A stretch of 64,000 nt of DNA. It comes from Bacillota bacterium (GTDB lineage: Bacteria > Bacillota > Limnochordia > DTU080). Made by a program: the position numbers and the translations under genes. The notes under the pieces were generated by a model. That model was given only the letters and a program-made list of their open reading frames with translations. It was not told the DNA's origin and searched no databases. Every line of letters starts with the position of its first letter. Within the stretch, counting starts at the first letter, position 1. Below are positions 29,967 through 41,022 of this stretch, piece after piece. Where the stretch lies: the NCBI GenBank assembly GCA_012840225.1, contig DULU01000088.1, positions 6,895 to 70,894 of the forward strand, written 5' to 3'.

Positions 29967-31508
29967 GTGAATTCTATTACTACCATCATCACATCCATTT
30001 TGACGGCAATTATTGCGCTGGCGGCCGGTTATTACCTGCGCCGCATTGTAGCTGAAGCCAAGCTGGAATCTGCCGAAGCAGAAGCTCAGCGCATCGTGAG
30101 ATCCGCCACCCAGGAAGCAGAAGCCAAAAAGCGCGAAGCATTGTTGGAAGCGAAAGATGAAATCCACAAAATGCGGATGGAGAGCGAGAAAGACCTCCGG
30201 GACCGGAGGAGCGAGCTCCACCAGATGGAACGCCGCATTTTGCATAAAGAAGAAGTTCTGGACAAAAAGCTGGAACAGGTCGAGCAGCGGGAAGCCGCGC
30301 TCGAGAAGAAAAGGAAAGAAGCCGAAATCGCCGAACAGCGGATTCTGGAGATGAGCGAGCGTTGGCAAAGCGAATTGGAGCGTTTGGCGGGCATGTCCCG
30401 CGAGGAAGCCAGGAATTTCCTTTTGAAGCGCACGGAGGATGAATTGCGGCACGAGATGGCCATGAAGATCAAGGAGATCGAGACGGAGGCCAAGGAGGAA
30501 GCGGATAAAAGAGCACGTAAAATCGTGTCCATGGCCATTCAGAGATGTGCGGCCGATCATGTGGCCGAAACCACCGTATCGGTGGTAAATTTGCCCAACG
30601 ACGACATGAAAGGGCGCATCATCGGCCGGGAAGGCCGCAATATACGGACGCTGGAAACTCTGACCGGCATCGATCTGATCATCGACGATACTCCCGAAGC
30701 CGTGATCCTCTCCGGTTTCGATCCGATCCGCAGGGAGATGGCCCGCATTGCCCTGGAGAAGCTCGTGGCCGACGGGCGCATCCATCCGGCCCGCATCGAG
30801 GAGATGGTGGAAAAGGCTCAGAAAGAAGTGGAGCAAGCCATTCGCGAAGCCGGTGAGCAAGCCACTTTTGAAACCGGCGTGCACGGCCTGCACCAGGAAC
30901 TGGTAAAGCTCTTGGGGCGCCTGCGCTATCGCACCAGCTACGGCCAGAACGTGCTCAAACACAGCATAGAGGTAAGCCACCTGGCCGGCATTATGGCCGC
31001 CGAATTGGGGTGCGACGTGCAGCTGGCCAAAAGGGCCGGTCTGTTGCACGACATCGGCAAAGCGGTGGACCATGAAGTCGAAGGATCGCACCTGGAGATC
31101 GGCCGGGAGATCCTGCGCAAATACCGGGAGTCCCGCGACGTGATCCATGCCATGGAGTGCCATCACGGCGATTATGAACCGCAGTCGATCGAAGCGGTGC
31201 TGGTCACGGCGGCCGACAGCGTGTCGGCGGCCCGACCCGGAGCCCGCAGAGAAACACTGGAAAACTATATCAGACGCCTGGAGAAGCTGGAAGCCATTGC
31301 CGACTCCTTTGAGGGCGTCGATAAATCATATGCTATTCAAGCTGGCCGGGAGATCCGCATCATCGTGAAGCCCGACCGCATCGACGACGCCACTGCCGTA
31401 AAGGTGGCGCGCGATATAGTCAAGAAGATTGAAGCGGAACTGGAATACCCCGGACAGATCAAGGTCACGGTGATCCGGGAGACCAGGGCTGTGGAATATG
31501 CCCGCTGA
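29967..31508 (+). CDS. rny: Ribonuclease Y
   Basis: N-terminal TM, coiled coil, KH ([14 protein letters not shown]), HD (LLHDIGK), [10 protein letters not shown]; start uncertain. Confidence 0.98.
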   Translation: MNSITTIITSILTAIIALAAGYYLRRIVAEAKLESAEAEAQRIVRSATQEAEAKKREALLEAKDEIHKMRMESEKDLRDRRSELHQMERRILHKEEVLDKKLEQVEQREAALEKKRKEAEIAEQRILEMSERWQSELERLAGMSREEARNFLLKRTEDELRHEMAMKIKEIETEAKEEADKRARKIVSMAIQRCAADHVAETTVSVVNLPNDDMKGRIIGREGRNIRTLETLTGIDLIIDDTPEAVILSGFDPIRREMARIALEKLVADGRIHPARIEEMVEKAQKEVEQAIREAGEQATFETGVHGLHQELVKLLGRLRYRTSYGQNVLKHSIEVSHLAGIMAAELGCDVQLAKRAGLLHDIGKAVDHEVEGSHLEIGREILRKYRESRDVIHAMECHHGDYEPQSIEAVLVTAADSVSAARPGARRETLENYIRRLEKLEAIADSFEGVDKSYAIQAGREIRIIVKPDRIDDATAVKVARDIVKKIEAELEYPGQIKVTVIRETRAVEYAR

Positions 31509-31524
31509 CTATGGCATCCTTATT

Positions 31525-31560
31525 TAGCGGAGATTCTTTTCCAAAGGGTCTCCGCTATTT
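31525..31560 (+). terminator. Stem-loop after rny
   Basis: TAGCGGAGA...TCTCCGCTA then TTT. Confidence 0.65.
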
Positions 31561-31586
31561 AAATAATAGCCAATACACTTAAGGCA

Positions 31587-31613
31587 GCAGGATTCGCGGG
31601 ACCGGTCTAGAAG
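31587..31613 (+). promoter_or_regulatory. Putative sigmaH promoter upstream of hypothetical-spoVS
   Basis: GCAGGATTC-N14-GAAG; spoVS is sigmaH-dependent in B. subtilis. Confidence 0.5.
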
Positions 31614-31649
31614 AGTCGGTCATGGTTATCCTGCAATGAGGTGACGCTC

Positions 31650-32204
31650 TTGCCAATTGTCAGATATCAACCCACAATGCAAGGTGAAGGTTTATCCCAG
31701 CAAGCGTCGCTTTTGGTATCGATATTGCTGCATTATCCGGAGTTGGCTTCAGTCAGGTTCGGACCCGTGGACGGGCAGATACTCTTCTCCTTCATGCTGA
31801 AGGAAGTCTGCCAGGAGGCGGAACTGGAGGCCTTCCGCCGGGATCTGCGGCAACACCTCGAGGCCTTCATGGAGATCACCGGCCGGAAAGCCAAAGTGTG
31901 CAAAGTGAGAAAGGTCCAGCACGACCGGCATACCTTGATCGAAGTGATCAGAGATGTGGCCACCCTGTCCCAACAGGAATTGTCTCTCCTGCTCAACCTG
32001 GTTCGCTCGCGGTTCGCCTCGCAATTGATGGTGGAAGGGGGGGATTTGTGGTCTGAGGAAGACGCAACGGCGCAAGAAGAACTGATCGATGAGATGCTGG
32101 AAGATGTGCGTATCCTTGCCAGGCGGAGAGAATTGGTCGGTTACAGAGACGACGGACGAGTGATGGTATTCAACCGCCATTCTGTTGAAGCCCGCAAGAA
32201 TTGA
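31650..32204 (+). CDS. Hypothetical protein upstream of spoVS
   Basis: ORF with RBS GAGGTG; no family recognised. Confidence 0.75.
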   Translation: MPIVRYQPTMQGEGLSQQASLLVSILLHYPELASVRFGPVDGQILFSFMLKEVCQEAELEAFRRDLRQHLEAFMEITGRKAKVCKVRKVQHDRHTLIEVIRDVATLSQQELSLLLNLVRSRFASQLMVEGGDLWSEEDATAQEELIDEMLEDVRILARRRELVGYRDDGRVMVFNRHSVEARKN

Positions 32205-32262
32205 CGCCGAACACTACGTTGTCTTCACAAATAAATTCTCACTCAAGGAGGTAAGCCACAGC

Positions 32263-32523
32263 ATGGAAGTCCTAAAGGTTTCTGCAAAATCCAATCCTAA
32301 TTCTGTAGCCGGTGCCATGGCCGGAGTCATCAGGGAGCACGGAAGTGCCGAAGTCCAGGCTATCGGTGCCGGGGCCATCAATCAGGCTGTAAAAGCGGTG
32401 GCTATCGCCCGCGGGTTTGTCGCTCCTTCGGGGGTGGATTTAATCTGCATCCCGGCTTTTACTGACGTAGAGATTGACGGCGAAGAGCGCACGGCGATAA
32501 AATTTATCGTCGAACCAAGATAG
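32263..32523 (+). CDS. spoVS: Stage V sporulation protein S
   Basis: MEVLKVSAKSNPNSVAGA...GAGAINQAVKAVAIARGF. Confidence 0.97.
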   Translation: MEVLKVSAKSNPNSVAGAMAGVIREHGSAEVQAIGAGAINQAVKAVAIARGFVAPSGVDLICIPAFTDVEIDGEERTAIKFIVEPR

Positions 32524-32688
32524 CGTGCCACCTACAGCACAAACACCTCCGTCAGCCTGTGCGGCAGTCGTCCGCAAAGGCAGAGGCATCGTCTGCCCTC
32601 CTGCAAGCGAAAGCGTATATGCCCTATCGGCAGGAGGGTATATTATTGCTGTCGGTCAGGAGCCGGCGATCAACGGAGGTGAATAGCT

Positions 32689-33021
32689 TTGGACTGGTTG
32701 GGTGCAGTGGTGCGCTTCGTGGTTTCGGCTATAGTATTGCTCGTGGTAGGCTTCATCGTGCCGGGTTTTCAAATGATCGGCTTCTGGAATGCCTTGCTGG
32801 CCGCACTGGTGATTGCGGCGCTGGGTTGGGTGATTGAAGCTACTTTTGGGAAGAGCGTATCGCCGTATAACCGCGGGCTGGTCGGTTTTTTGGTTTCAGC
32901 TATTGTCATCTGGGCGACGCAGTTCGTCGTGCCGGGCATGCAGGTAGGCATATTGGGTGCCCTCCTGGCGGCTTTCATCATCGGGGTGATCGATCTGTTT
33001 GTCCCGACCGCAGTGCGCTAG
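32689..33021 (+). CDS. 4-TM 'phage holin family' (YvlD/DUF360-like) membrane protein
   Basis: Internal duplication VPGFQMIGFWNALLAA / VPGMQVGILGALLAA; RBS GGAGGTG. Confidence 0.8.
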   Translation: MDWLGAVVRFVVSAIVLLVVGFIVPGFQMIGFWNALLAALVIAALGWVIEATFGKSVSPYNRGLVGFLVSAIVIWATQFVVPGMQVGILGALLAAFIIGVIDLFVPTAVR

Positions 33022-33064
33022 AGAGCCATGATGCCGGGCGAGGCAAAGGTGGATGAAAGCCGGC

Positions 33065-33093
33065 GGCGGGCGTGATTCACGTCCGCCTTTTTT
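33065..33093 (+). terminator. Rho-independent terminator
   Basis: GGCGGGCGTG-ATT-CACGTCCGCC followed by a T run. Confidence 0.75.
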
Positions 33094-33137
33094 ACTTTTT
33101 ACCCCGGATTTTTCAAGGGAGAAGACAGGCGGCAACT

Positions 33138-33935
33138 ATGGCATATCAGATTCACCTCCCGATATTCGAAGGTCCTTTCGATCTACTTTTTCACCTGATC
33201 AAGCAGCAGAAAATCGATCTGAAAGAGATTCCGATTGCCGAGATCACCGAGCAATACCTCAATTACCTGACCGCCCTGGAAGAAATCGATCTGGATATGG
33301 CCGGCGAATTTTTGGTGATGGCCGCCACCTTGCTCTCCATAAAGGTGAGGATGCTCCTGCCGGAGCCGGCGGCGGCGGATGAGACGGAGGAAGAGCCGGT
33401 CGATCCTCAACAGTTGCTGATAGCCAGGTTGTTGGAGTATAACAGATATAAAGAAGCTGCCGCGGAGCTTGATCGTTTAAGCCGGGGCCGGGAGAAGCTC
33501 TTTCCCAGGGGAGCAGTGATTCCTTTAAGCAGCCTGGGCTGCCGCTATACCCGGCCGGTGGGCGATCTGACGGTCCGGGATCTGAAGGCAGCCATGGAAT
33601 CCTTGTCGGCGGTTGCAGAGCCACCTGATCTCACCCCCATCATTCCTGAGGTGCGGGTGACGGTCAGGGAGCGGCTGGAGGAGTTGCACCACTTGCTGAA
33701 AAATCAGGTGCGGCTCGCCTTTCAGAGCCTGCCGCCCTCTTTGCTGCAGCGGAGCGAAATAGTGGTGACTTTCCTGGCTATGCTGGAATTGATACGTTTG
33801 GGGTTATGCCTGGTGAAGCAGGAGGAACCGTTCGGCCTCATAGAACTTATGCCGGCCCCCGCCGGGGGATGGGAAACCGGAAGCCTGGAAACTGAGGCTT
33901 GGGAGAAAGGAGAGCCTTCCGGTGCAGGAGCCTGA
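33138..33935 (+). CDS. scpA: Segregation and condensation protein A
   Basis: FEGPFDLLFHLI, EFLVMAATLL, VVTFLAMLEL. Confidence 0.95.
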   Translation: MAYQIHLPIFEGPFDLLFHLIKQQKIDLKEIPIAEITEQYLNYLTALEEIDLDMAGEFLVMAATLLSIKVRMLLPEPAAADETEEEPVDPQQLLIARLLEYNRYKEAAAELDRLSRGREKLFPRGAVIPLSSLGCRYTRPVGDLTVRDLKAAMESLSAVAEPPDLTPIIPEVRVTVRERLEELHHLLKNQVRLAFQSLPPSLLQRSEIVVTFLAMLELIRLGLCLVKQEEPFGLIELMPAPAGGWETGSLETEAWEKGEPSGAGA

Positions 33936-34455
33936 GAGCGCTGATCTTCACGCCAAACTGGAAGCGCTGCTCTTTGCGGTGAGCGAGCCTGTCCCTTTTG
34001 AAGCCCTGGCAGAGGTGTTGGGAGTGCCGCTTGAGGTGATCCACTCCACCCTGAAAGAGCTGGCGCTGGAGTACGAGCGTCCGGAGAGAGGTTTCCTGCT
34101 CGACCAGGTAGCCGGCGGGGTGAGGCTCGTGACGAAGCCGCAGTATGCCGGGCTGGTGGAGCAGCTTTTACGCCCCTTGCGCACCACGGGCCTCACGGTG
34201 GCCGCTCTGGAGACCCTGGCCATAGTGGCCTATAAACAACCGGTGACCAGAGCCGAAATCGAAGCGGTGCGGGGCGTGAAGGCCGATTCGGCCCTGGCCA
34301 CCTTGCTGGAGCGCCGCCTGGTGGCGGAAGCCGGCCGCAAAGATGCGCCCGGACGGCCGATACTTTATGTCACCACCCAGGAGTTTCTGACCGCTTTCGG
34401 CTTAAACAGCCTGGCGGATTTACCGCCGCTGGCCGAACCGTCGACCAAGAACTAA
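33922..34455 (+). CDS. scpB: Segregation and condensation protein B
   Basis: LETLAIVAYKQPVTRAEIEAVRGV, GRPILYVTT..FL..FGL. Confidence 0.96.
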   Translation: MQEPESADLHAKLEALLFAVSEPVPFEALAEVLGVPLEVIHSTLKELALEYERPERGFLLDQVAGGVRLVTKPQYAGLVEQLLRPLRTTGLTVAALETLAIVAYKQPVTRAEIEAVRGVKADSALATLLERRLVAEAGRKDAPGRPILYVTTQEFLTAFGLNSLADLPPLAEPSTKN

Positions 34456-34524
34456 AACCTATACGAACTATGAATTAATATGAGCCATCGCCGGGGGCAT
34501 CCTATGCAAGGGGAGGGCCTCCGC

Positions 34525-35202
34525 ATGCCGAGCGGTTCACCGGCTTTGCTGCTTATCTTTTTGATACTCATCATCGCGGCTTTTTGCCTGATCCCCATCG
34601 GCTTGGGTTTTGTCTTAATATATAAAACCGGTGCGGCGCCGCGACTTTTTGTGATCTTCACCGTTAAACACTTATTCTACCGGCGCATTGCCGCCACTCC
34701 GGCTAGGTTGGCCGCCCGGGTCACCCTGGAGGAGTTGGCCGAGGAGAAGCGCATCGGCGAATCGACCCTGCATAAAATCCTGGCTCTGGTCGATCTGCTT
34801 CAGGTGTATCTATTAGGTCACAGCCCTGCCGACCGCAAAGGCCGGGCCCTTGGCTCGCCGGTGCTGCATCTCTTTGTAGGCCCGTTCGTCATGTTCAGCC
34901 GACATTTCTGCCGGCTCGAATTCTCCTGGCGCACGGTGTTCGGCACAGGGGATCCGGCCACCACCGCCACCGTTTCCGGACTCCTTTGGGCGCTCAAATC
35001 CAGCCTGGCTCACCGCCTGGCCCAAAGATACCGTTATATCTCTCCGCCCGTCCTGGCCGTCCGCCCCGAGTTTCGCGCCGCGGGGATTGCCACCGAGGTC
35101 AAGTGCATATTTCACCTATCTCCAGGTCAGATTATGTGGCGAAAGGTGCAGTTTGCCGCTCGGCGCTGGCAGGGGAAAGGGGCCGGTAATTATGGAAAAT
35201 AA
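34525..35202 (+). CDS. DUF2953 (YtfI-like) protein
   Basis: FGTGDPATTATVSGLLWA motif; directly upstream of ytfJ. Confidence 0.8.
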   Translation: MPSGSPALLLIFLILIIAAFCLIPIGLGFVLIYKTGAAPRLFVIFTVKHLFYRRIAATPARLAARVTLEELAEEKRIGESTLHKILALVDLLQVYLLGHSPADRKGRALGSPVLHLFVGPFVMFSRHFCRLEFSWRTVFGTGDPATTATVSGLLWALKSSLAHRLAQRYRYISPPVLAVRPEFRAAGIATEVKCIFHLSPGQIMWRKVQFAARRWQGKGAGNYGK

Positions 35203-35599
35203 ACATCCGATTGAAGGTCTGATGCAGACGGCGATGGAGAGCATCAAAGCGATGGTGGATGTGAACACCATCCTGGGCGATCCGGTGGAAACACCGGACG
35301 GCAGCGTCGTCATTCCTGTTTCCCGGATCAGCCTCGGCTTTGCTGCAGGTGGTTCCGAATACGAAGCCGAAGCGAAAAAGGAGGCGAATCAGTTTCCTTT
35401 CGGCGGGGGCACAGGTGCCGGCATCTCGGTCAACCCTGTGGCCTTCCTGGTGGTCGGCCAGGGGCAGATCAGGCTTCTGCCGGTGGACGGCAATGCCGTG
35501 CTGGAGCGCTTGCTGGATATGGCGCCCCGCCTTATCGATCAACTGCAGGGCATGGTGAAGACGGGGCAAAACGGTTTTATCCCCGACGCCCAGATATAA
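35192..35599 (+). CDS. ytfJ: Sporulation protein YtfJ/GerW
   Basis: HPIEGLMQTAMESIKAMVDVNTILG, GFAAGGSE, FGGGTGAG. Confidence 0.93.
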   Translation: MENKHPIEGLMQTAMESIKAMVDVNTILGDPVETPDGSVVIPVSRISLGFAAGGSEYEAEAKKEANQFPFGGGTGAGISVNPVAFLVVGQGQIRLLPVDGNAVLERLLDMAPRLIDQLQGMVKTGQNGFIPDAQI

Positions 35600-35804
35600 A
35601 GGGCATCACCTATAAACGCCGAGCATTTATGCACCGAGAAAAAGCATAAGCCCGGCGCATAAATTGTGCGCCGGCGGCAGGACACCCGGAGCGGCCGCTC
35701 GAATCTGAAGCGGCAGAAGTCCCGGCTTTCGCAGATGAAGACCTTCGGCCAGGCCGGTGGTCTTTTTCGTTCTGTATATGGTAAACGAGGGGGAAGGATG
35801 CCAG

Positions 35805-36551
35805 ATGGCCGGGGTAAGGCTGCAGAAATACCTGGCGGATTGCGGTGTGGCCTCCCGCCGCCAAGCCGAGCAGATGATCAGAGACGGGCGGGTAAGCGTC
35901 AACGGTCGCCGCGTCGAGCAGTTGGGAGTCAAAGTGTATCCTGAGTTGGACCGGGTGGCGGTGGACGGCATACCCGTGACGGCCGCGCAGAAAAAGGTGT
36001 ATTATATGGTCAACAAACCCCCCGGCTACCTCAGCACGGCGCGGGATGAGCGGGGGCGCAAGACCGTGATGGATCTTTTGCCGGCCTGGCGGAAGGAACG
36101 CCTCTATCCGGTCGGCCGCCTGGATCTGTGGTCAGAAGGGCTGATGCTGCTGACCAATGACGGCCGTCTGGCCCTCAAGCTCCAGCATCCCCGCTACGGG
36201 GTGGAGAAGACCTACCTGGTGACGGTGGCAGGGGAGCCTTCGCCGGCTCTTCTGGCGCAGATGGAGAAGGGCATGATTTTGGAGGACGGCCCGACCTTGC
36301 CGGCGCGCATCACCGTGATCCATAGAGGGGAAGAGACTGCGGAACTAGAATTCGTCCTGAAAGAAGGGCGGAAAAGGCAGATCAGAAGGATGTGTGCCGC
36401 CGCCGGCTATCCGGTGCGCCGGCTCAGGCGGATCGCCATCGGTCCGCTAAAGCTGGGAGAGCTCCAACCGGGAGGTGTCCGCCGGCTGCGGCCGAACGAG
36501 GTGGCCGCCCTTTATGCCGCAGCAGGTGAAGAGCCGGATGTCACGAATTAA
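35805..36551 (+). CDS. rluB: 23S rRNA pseudouridine synthase (RluB/RsuA family)
   Basis: S4 domain RLQKYLA..GVASRR, catalytic GRLD, EGRKRQIRRM. Confidence 0.9.
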   Translation: MAGVRLQKYLADCGVASRRQAEQMIRDGRVSVNGRRVEQLGVKVYPELDRVAVDGIPVTAAQKKVYYMVNKPPGYLSTARDERGRKTVMDLLPAWRKERLYPVGRLDLWSEGLMLLTNDGRLALKLQHPRYGVEKTYLVTVAGEPSPALLAQMEKGMILEDGPTLPARITVIHRGEETAELEFVLKEGRKRQIRRMCAAAGYPVRRLRRIAIGPLKLGELQPGGVRRLRPNEVAALYAAAGEEPDVTN

Positions 36552-36584
36552 CATTTCAACCATAACCAGACCAGGAGAGATAGC

Positions 36585-38168
36585 ATGAGTGAGCAATTCC
36601 GGCCGCCGGCGATGACCAGAGCCATCCGCGGCGCCACCACCGTCGCAAATAATGATGCCGAAGACATTGTCTCAGGTACGGCCGAGTTGGTGACGGAGAT
36701 CATGAGGGCCAACCGCCTGCGCCCTGAAGACATGGTGAGCGTCATCTTTACCGTCACCCCGGATCTGAACGCCGCTTTTCCGGCCGTGGGAGCCAGGCGG
36801 GTGGGTCTATCGGGGGTGCCGCTGATCTGCACCACCGAAATCCCCGTACCCGGCAGTCTCCAGAAGTGTATCCGCTGCCTGATGCATATCAACACCACCA
36901 TGCCGGCGGCGGAGATCAGGCATATATACCTCCACGGCGCCCGCGTCCTCCGTCCCGATCTGGTCTCCCGGTCGAACGAGGCCGCAGAGAGCGGCACCTC
37001 CACCGGCTCCACCGCCTCCGCCGCCTTCACCGCTTCCGCTGCTTCCGCCGGCTCCGCCTCCCTTCCGCCCTTTTCTTCCCTCCCTTACCGGGCGACCATC
37101 GAGCGCATCACGCCCTATGTGCCGGGCAAAGCCATAGCTGAGGTACAGAAAGAGCTGGGGCTGACCGACGTGATTAAGCTCGCCTCCAACGAAAACCCCC
37201 TCGGACCGTCCCCGGCGGCGGTTAAGGCGGTGGTGGAGGCGGCCACCACGCTGCACAGGTATCCCGACGGCGGGGCCGTCGCCCTGCGGGAGGCACTCTC
37301 CCGGCAGTACCGGCTTTCCCCGGATTGCGTCTTCGCCGGCAACGGCTCGGACGAAATCATCAAGCTGCTGGCAGAGGCCATGCTGAACCCCGGCGAGGAA
37401 GTGATCATGGCCGACGTCACTTTCAGCGAATATGCCTATGCGGCGCGTCTGATGGGAGCGGAGGAAGTGGTGGTGCCGCTGCGGGCGGGGACCTTCGACC
37501 TGGAAGCCATGGCCGAGAGGGTCACCCCGAAGACCCGGCTCATCTTTGTCTGCAACCCCAACAACCCCACCGGCACCTATGTCGGCCGTGAAGCGGTAGA
37601 GCGCTTTCTGGACCGGCTGCCGGCGCATGCATTGCCGGTATTCGACGAGGCCTATGCCGAATACAGCACCGCCGCCGACTTCCCTGATATTCCGGCTTTA
37701 ATCCGGGAAGGACGCCGGCTGGTCAGCCTGCGCACGTTTTCCAAGATATACGGCTTGGCCGGCTTGCGGGTGGGTTATGCCTTGGCCTGCCCCGAAGTGA
37801 TCGCCCTGCTGAACCGGGTGAAAGAGCCGTTCAATGTCAACTCGGCCGCCCAGGCGGCAGCGCTGGCCGCTCTCTCCGACAGCGCACACGTGCAGAGATC
37901 CATAAAGGTCAATGAAGACGGCAAACGACAGTTATACCAGGGGCTTGATCGCCTGAAGCTGCCATATTATCCCACCCAGGCCAATTTCGTCTGCGTGGAT
38001 GTGGGGCGGCCCTGTCGGCCGGTATATGAGCGCATGCTGCGTGAGGGAGTCATCGTGCGGACCCTGGACGGGTTTGGGCTGCCCCAGGCCTTGCGCATCA
38101 CCATCGGTACCAGAGAAGACAACGAGCGCTGCCTCCTGGCTTTGGCCCGCGCTCTCACCGCCAGGTAA
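36585..38168 (+). CDS. Fused AroH-type chorismate mutase / HisC-family aminotransferase
   Basis: N-terminal RAIRGATT...AFPA...LRPDL (AroH); Ser/Ala linker; C-terminal [31 protein letters not shown] (HisC). Confidence 0.9.
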   Translation: MSEQFRPPAMTRAIRGATTVANNDAEDIVSGTAELVTEIMRANRLRPEDMVSVIFTVTPDLNAAFPAVGARRVGLSGVPLICTTEIPVPGSLQKCIRCLMHINTTMPAAEIRHIYLHGARVLRPDLVSRSNEAAESGTSTGSTASAAFTASAASAGSASLPPFSSLPYRATIERITPYVPGKAIAEVQKELGLTDVIKLASNENPLGPSPAAVKAVVEAATTLHRYPDGGAVALREALSRQYRLSPDCVFAGNGSDEIIKLLAEAMLNPGEEVIMADVTFSEYAYAARLMGAEEVVVPLRAGTFDLEAMAERVTPKTRLIFVCNPNNPTGTYVGREAVERFLDRLPAHALPVFDEAYAEYSTAADFPDIPALIREGRRLVSLRTFSKIYGLAGLRVGYALACPEVIALLNRVKEPFNVNSAAQAAALAALSDSAHVQRSIKVNEDGKRQLYQGLDRLKLPYYPTQANFVCVDVGRPCRPVYERMLREGVIVRTLDGFGLPQALRITIGTREDNERCLLALARALTAR

Positions 38169-38191
38169 GCCATGTAAAGAGAGGTACGATC

Positions 38192-39205
38192 ATGATAGTA
38201 GTCCTGCGTAAGGAAGCCACCGCCGAGGAGATCAAGGCGGTTATAGAAAGATTGCATGAATTCGGCTTCCGCACTCATGTCTCCGAGGGTGTGGAAAAGA
38301 CCATCATCGGTGCCATCGGCGAGAAGACTGCCGACAAGATCCAGCGGCTGGAGATGACTCCGGGGGTGGAAAAAATCGTTCCCATCCTCCAACCCTATAA
38401 GCTCGCCGGCCGCGAATTCAAAGCCACCGGATCAACCGTGGCGGTGGGGCCGGTGGTTTTCGGCGGCAAAAAAGTGCCGGTGATCGCCGGACCTTGTGCC
38501 GTCGAGTCGGAGGAACAGATGCTGACCATCGCCAAAGCGGTGGCCAAAAGCGGCGCCGCCATGCTGCGGGGCGGGGCATATAAACCCAGGACCTCGCCAT
38601 ATAGCTTCCAGGGACTGGAGAAAGCCGGCCTGGAGATCCTGGCGGAGGCCAAGCGGGTGACCGGTTTGCCGGTGGTCACCGAGGTGGTCAACCCGGGCGA
38701 TGTGGAACAGGTGGCCGCCGTGGCCGACATGTTCCAGATCGGCGCCCGCAACATGCAAAACTACGCGCTGCTCCGGGCGGTAGGCTTAAGCTCCAAGCCG
38801 GTGATGCTGAAGCGGGGACTGTCGGCCACCATCACCGAATGGCTGATGGCGGCAGAATATATCCTCTCCAGCGGCAACAACGATGTGGTGCTGTGCGAGA
38901 GAGGCATCCGCACCTATGAGACGGAGACCCGCAACACCCTGGATCTCAGTGCGGTCCCCGTCATCCATGAGATTTCCCATCTGCCGGTCATTGTCGACCC
39001 TTCTCACGGCACAGGCAAATGGCGGCTGGTGCTGCCGATGAGCAAAGCCGCCGTGGCGGCGGGAGCAGACGGCTTGATGGTCGAAGTGCATCACAAGCCG
39101 GAAGAAGCCATGTCCGACGGCCCGCAGAGCCTGCGTCCGGAGAATTTCCATGAGATGATGGAGCAGATCGCCGCCGTGGCGGCTGCTGTTGGTAGGGAGA
39201 TATAA
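38192..39205 (+). CDS. aroF: DAHP synthase class I-beta with N-terminal regulatory domain
   Basis: [36 protein letters not shown]. Confidence 0.95.
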   Translation: MIVVLRKEATAEEIKAVIERLHEFGFRTHVSEGVEKTIIGAIGEKTADKIQRLEMTPGVEKIVPILQPYKLAGREFKATGSTVAVGPVVFGGKKVPVIAGPCAVESEEQMLTIAKAVAKSGAAMLRGGAYKPRTSPYSFQGLEKAGLEILAEAKRVTGLPVVTEVVNPGDVEQVAAVADMFQIGARNMQNYALLRAVGLSSKPVMLKRGLSATITEWLMAAEYILSSGNNDVVLCERGIRTYETETRNTLDLSAVPVIHEISHLPVIVDPSHGTGKWRLVLPMSKAAVAAGADGLMVEVHHKPEEAMSDGPQSLRPENFHEMMEQIAAVAAAVGREI

Positions 39206-40317
39206 TGCCAAAGCGGAAAATAAAGGTAACCATCTTCGGCATGGGCCTGATCGGCGGTTCGCTCGGCCAGGCCTGGCGCAAAGCGGGAACGGCCGAAGTG
39301 ACCGGCGTGGTACGCCGGAAAGAGGCCGTGGAGGAAGTGCTGGCCGTAGGCGCCGCCGATAAAGTCGTCACCGACCCGGCTCTCGGCATGGCGGAGGCGG
39401 AAGTGGTGGTATTCGCCCCTCCGGTGGCCCAGATCGTCCCTCTGGCCCGGCAGGTGTGGTCCCTGGCGCGGCCGGGCACCGTTTTCACCGATGTGGGGAG
39501 CGTCAAAGGCCTCATCTGCCGCACCTTGTGGCAGGAGATGCCTGCCGATATGATTTTCATCGGCGGCCACCCCATGGCCGGTTCAGAGCGGGCCGGCGTG
39601 AAAGCGGCCGATCCCTATCTCTTCGAGAATGCCGTCTATTGCCTCACTCCGCCCAAAGGGATGAAGGAAGATCACCCGGCGCTCGCCACCCTGCTGCATT
39701 TGGTTAAATCTGTGGGAGCCAGGGCGCTCATCCTGGATCCTGATGATCACGACCTGATCGTGGCCGGCGTGAGCCATGTGCCGCATCTGGCGGCGGTAGC
39801 CCTGGTGCAGTCGGTAGCCAAAGCCGAAAGCGGCGGGGTGAACATGTTGCAGCTGGCGGCCGGCGGCTTCCGCGACACCACCCGGGTAGCCGGTGGGGCG
39901 GCGGATATCTGGCGGGACATCTGCCTGCACAACCGCCAGGCCATTTTAACCATGCTGGATAAGCTCATGGGAGAGCTGACCTTCCTGCGCCGGGCTATTG
40001 CTGCCGGCGACGGAGAGGCCCTGACGAACCTATTCGAAGAAGCCCGCCGGGTGCGAAGCACCATTCCCGCCAGGCTGCGGGGCGTATTGGGTGCCGTGCA
40101 TGAGATCACCTTCATCCTGGCCGACCGCCCGGGCACCATTCACGAGGCTACCGGCCTCCTGGCCGCCGAGGGTATAAACATAGTGGATATCGAGATCATG
40201 CGGGTGAGAGAGGGAGAAGGAGGCACCTTGCGGCTGGCTTTGGCTGATGCCGAGGCCGCCGAGCGGGCCGTGAAGATATTGACCGCCCACGGGTATACCG
40301 CCAGGCGCCTGTTGTGA
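39205..40317 (+). CDS. tyrA: Prephenate/arogenate dehydrogenase with C-terminal ACT domain
   Basis: GMGLIGGS, DVGSVK, HPMAGSE, SHVPH, FRDTTRVA; DRPG ACT domain. Confidence 0.93.
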   Translation: MPKRKIKVTIFGMGLIGGSLGQAWRKAGTAEVTGVVRRKEAVEEVLAVGAADKVVTDPALGMAEAEVVVFAPPVAQIVPLARQVWSLARPGTVFTDVGSVKGLICRTLWQEMPADMIFIGGHPMAGSERAGVKAADPYLFENAVYCLTPPKGMKEDHPALATLLHLVKSVGARALILDPDDHDLIVAGVSHVPHLAAVALVQSVAKAESGGVNMLQLAAGGFRDTTRVAGGAADIWRDICLHNRQAILTMLDKLMGELTFLRRAIAAGDGEALTNLFEEARRVRSTIPARLRGVLGAVHEITFILADRPGTIHEATGLLAAEGINIVDIEIMRVREGEGGTLRLALADAEAAERAVKILTAHGYTARRLL

Positions 40318-40327
40318 GGATAATTTG

Positions 40328-41011
40328 ATGAAACGGCTTTGCATTGCCATTGACGGACCGGCCGGAGCCGGAAAAAGCACTGTGGCTAAAAAGACGGCCG
40401 CCAGTCTGGGCTATATATACATCGATACCGGAGCGATGTACCGCGGCGTCACATCCCAACTTTTAGCAGACGGGGTGGATATTAGCGACGCCGCCGCCGT
40501 GGCGGCGGCGGTGGAAAACTGGGAGATCACCATTGTTCCGGGGCTGGATGAAGCGGAACCAAGAGTGCTGATCAACGGCCGGGACGTGACATCCGCCCTG
40601 CGGCGCCCGGAAGTCAGCCGGGCGGTGCCGCAGGTGGCTGCCATTCCGGCTGTGAGATCCAAGTTGGTCAAGGAACAGCGGCGGCTCGGCCAGGAGGGCG
40701 GGATTGTCATGGACGGCCGGGATATCGGCACCGAGGTGCTGCCTTTTGCCGAGGTAAAAATCTTTCTCACGGCTTCGCTGGAGGAGCGGGCCAGGCGCAG
40801 GCAAGCCGAACTGGCGCAAAAAGGCTATCAGATTGATCTCGCCGCTGCCCGTAAGGAGATCGCCGCCCGCGATCATGCCGATACCAACCGGCCCGTATCA
40901 CCCCTACGCCGGCCGGCGGACGCCTTGGTGATCGATTCGACCGCCATGAGTGTCGAAGCCGTCGTCACTCGCATACTGGATTATTATAAAACCAGAACTA
41001 CCAATACATAA
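40328..41011 (+). CDS. cmk: Cytidylate kinase
   Basis: IDGPAGAGKST, DTGAMYR, DGRDIGT. Confidence 0.97.
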   Translation: MKRLCIAIDGPAGAGKSTVAKKTAASLGYIYIDTGAMYRGVTSQLLADGVDISDAAAVAAAVENWEITIVPGLDEAEPRVLINGRDVTSALRRPEVSRAVPQVAAIPAVRSKLVKEQRRLGQEGGIVMDGRDIGTEVLPFAEVKIFLTASLEERARRRQAELAQKGYQIDLAAARKEIAARDHADTNRPVSPLRRPADALVIDSTAMSVEAVVTRILDYYKTRTTNT

Positions 41012-41022
41012 GACAGGGAAGG

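Noticed and set aside
29892..31166. Long antisense ORFs (this 424-aa one, also 56270-57595, 17810-18769, 28074-28931)
   Set aside because: Shadow frames opposite well-conserved genes, expected in GC-rich DNA; no recognisable motifs
32689..33021. Prophage lysis gene
   Set aside because: This 4-TM family is commonly chromosomal; no endolysin or other phage genes are nearby
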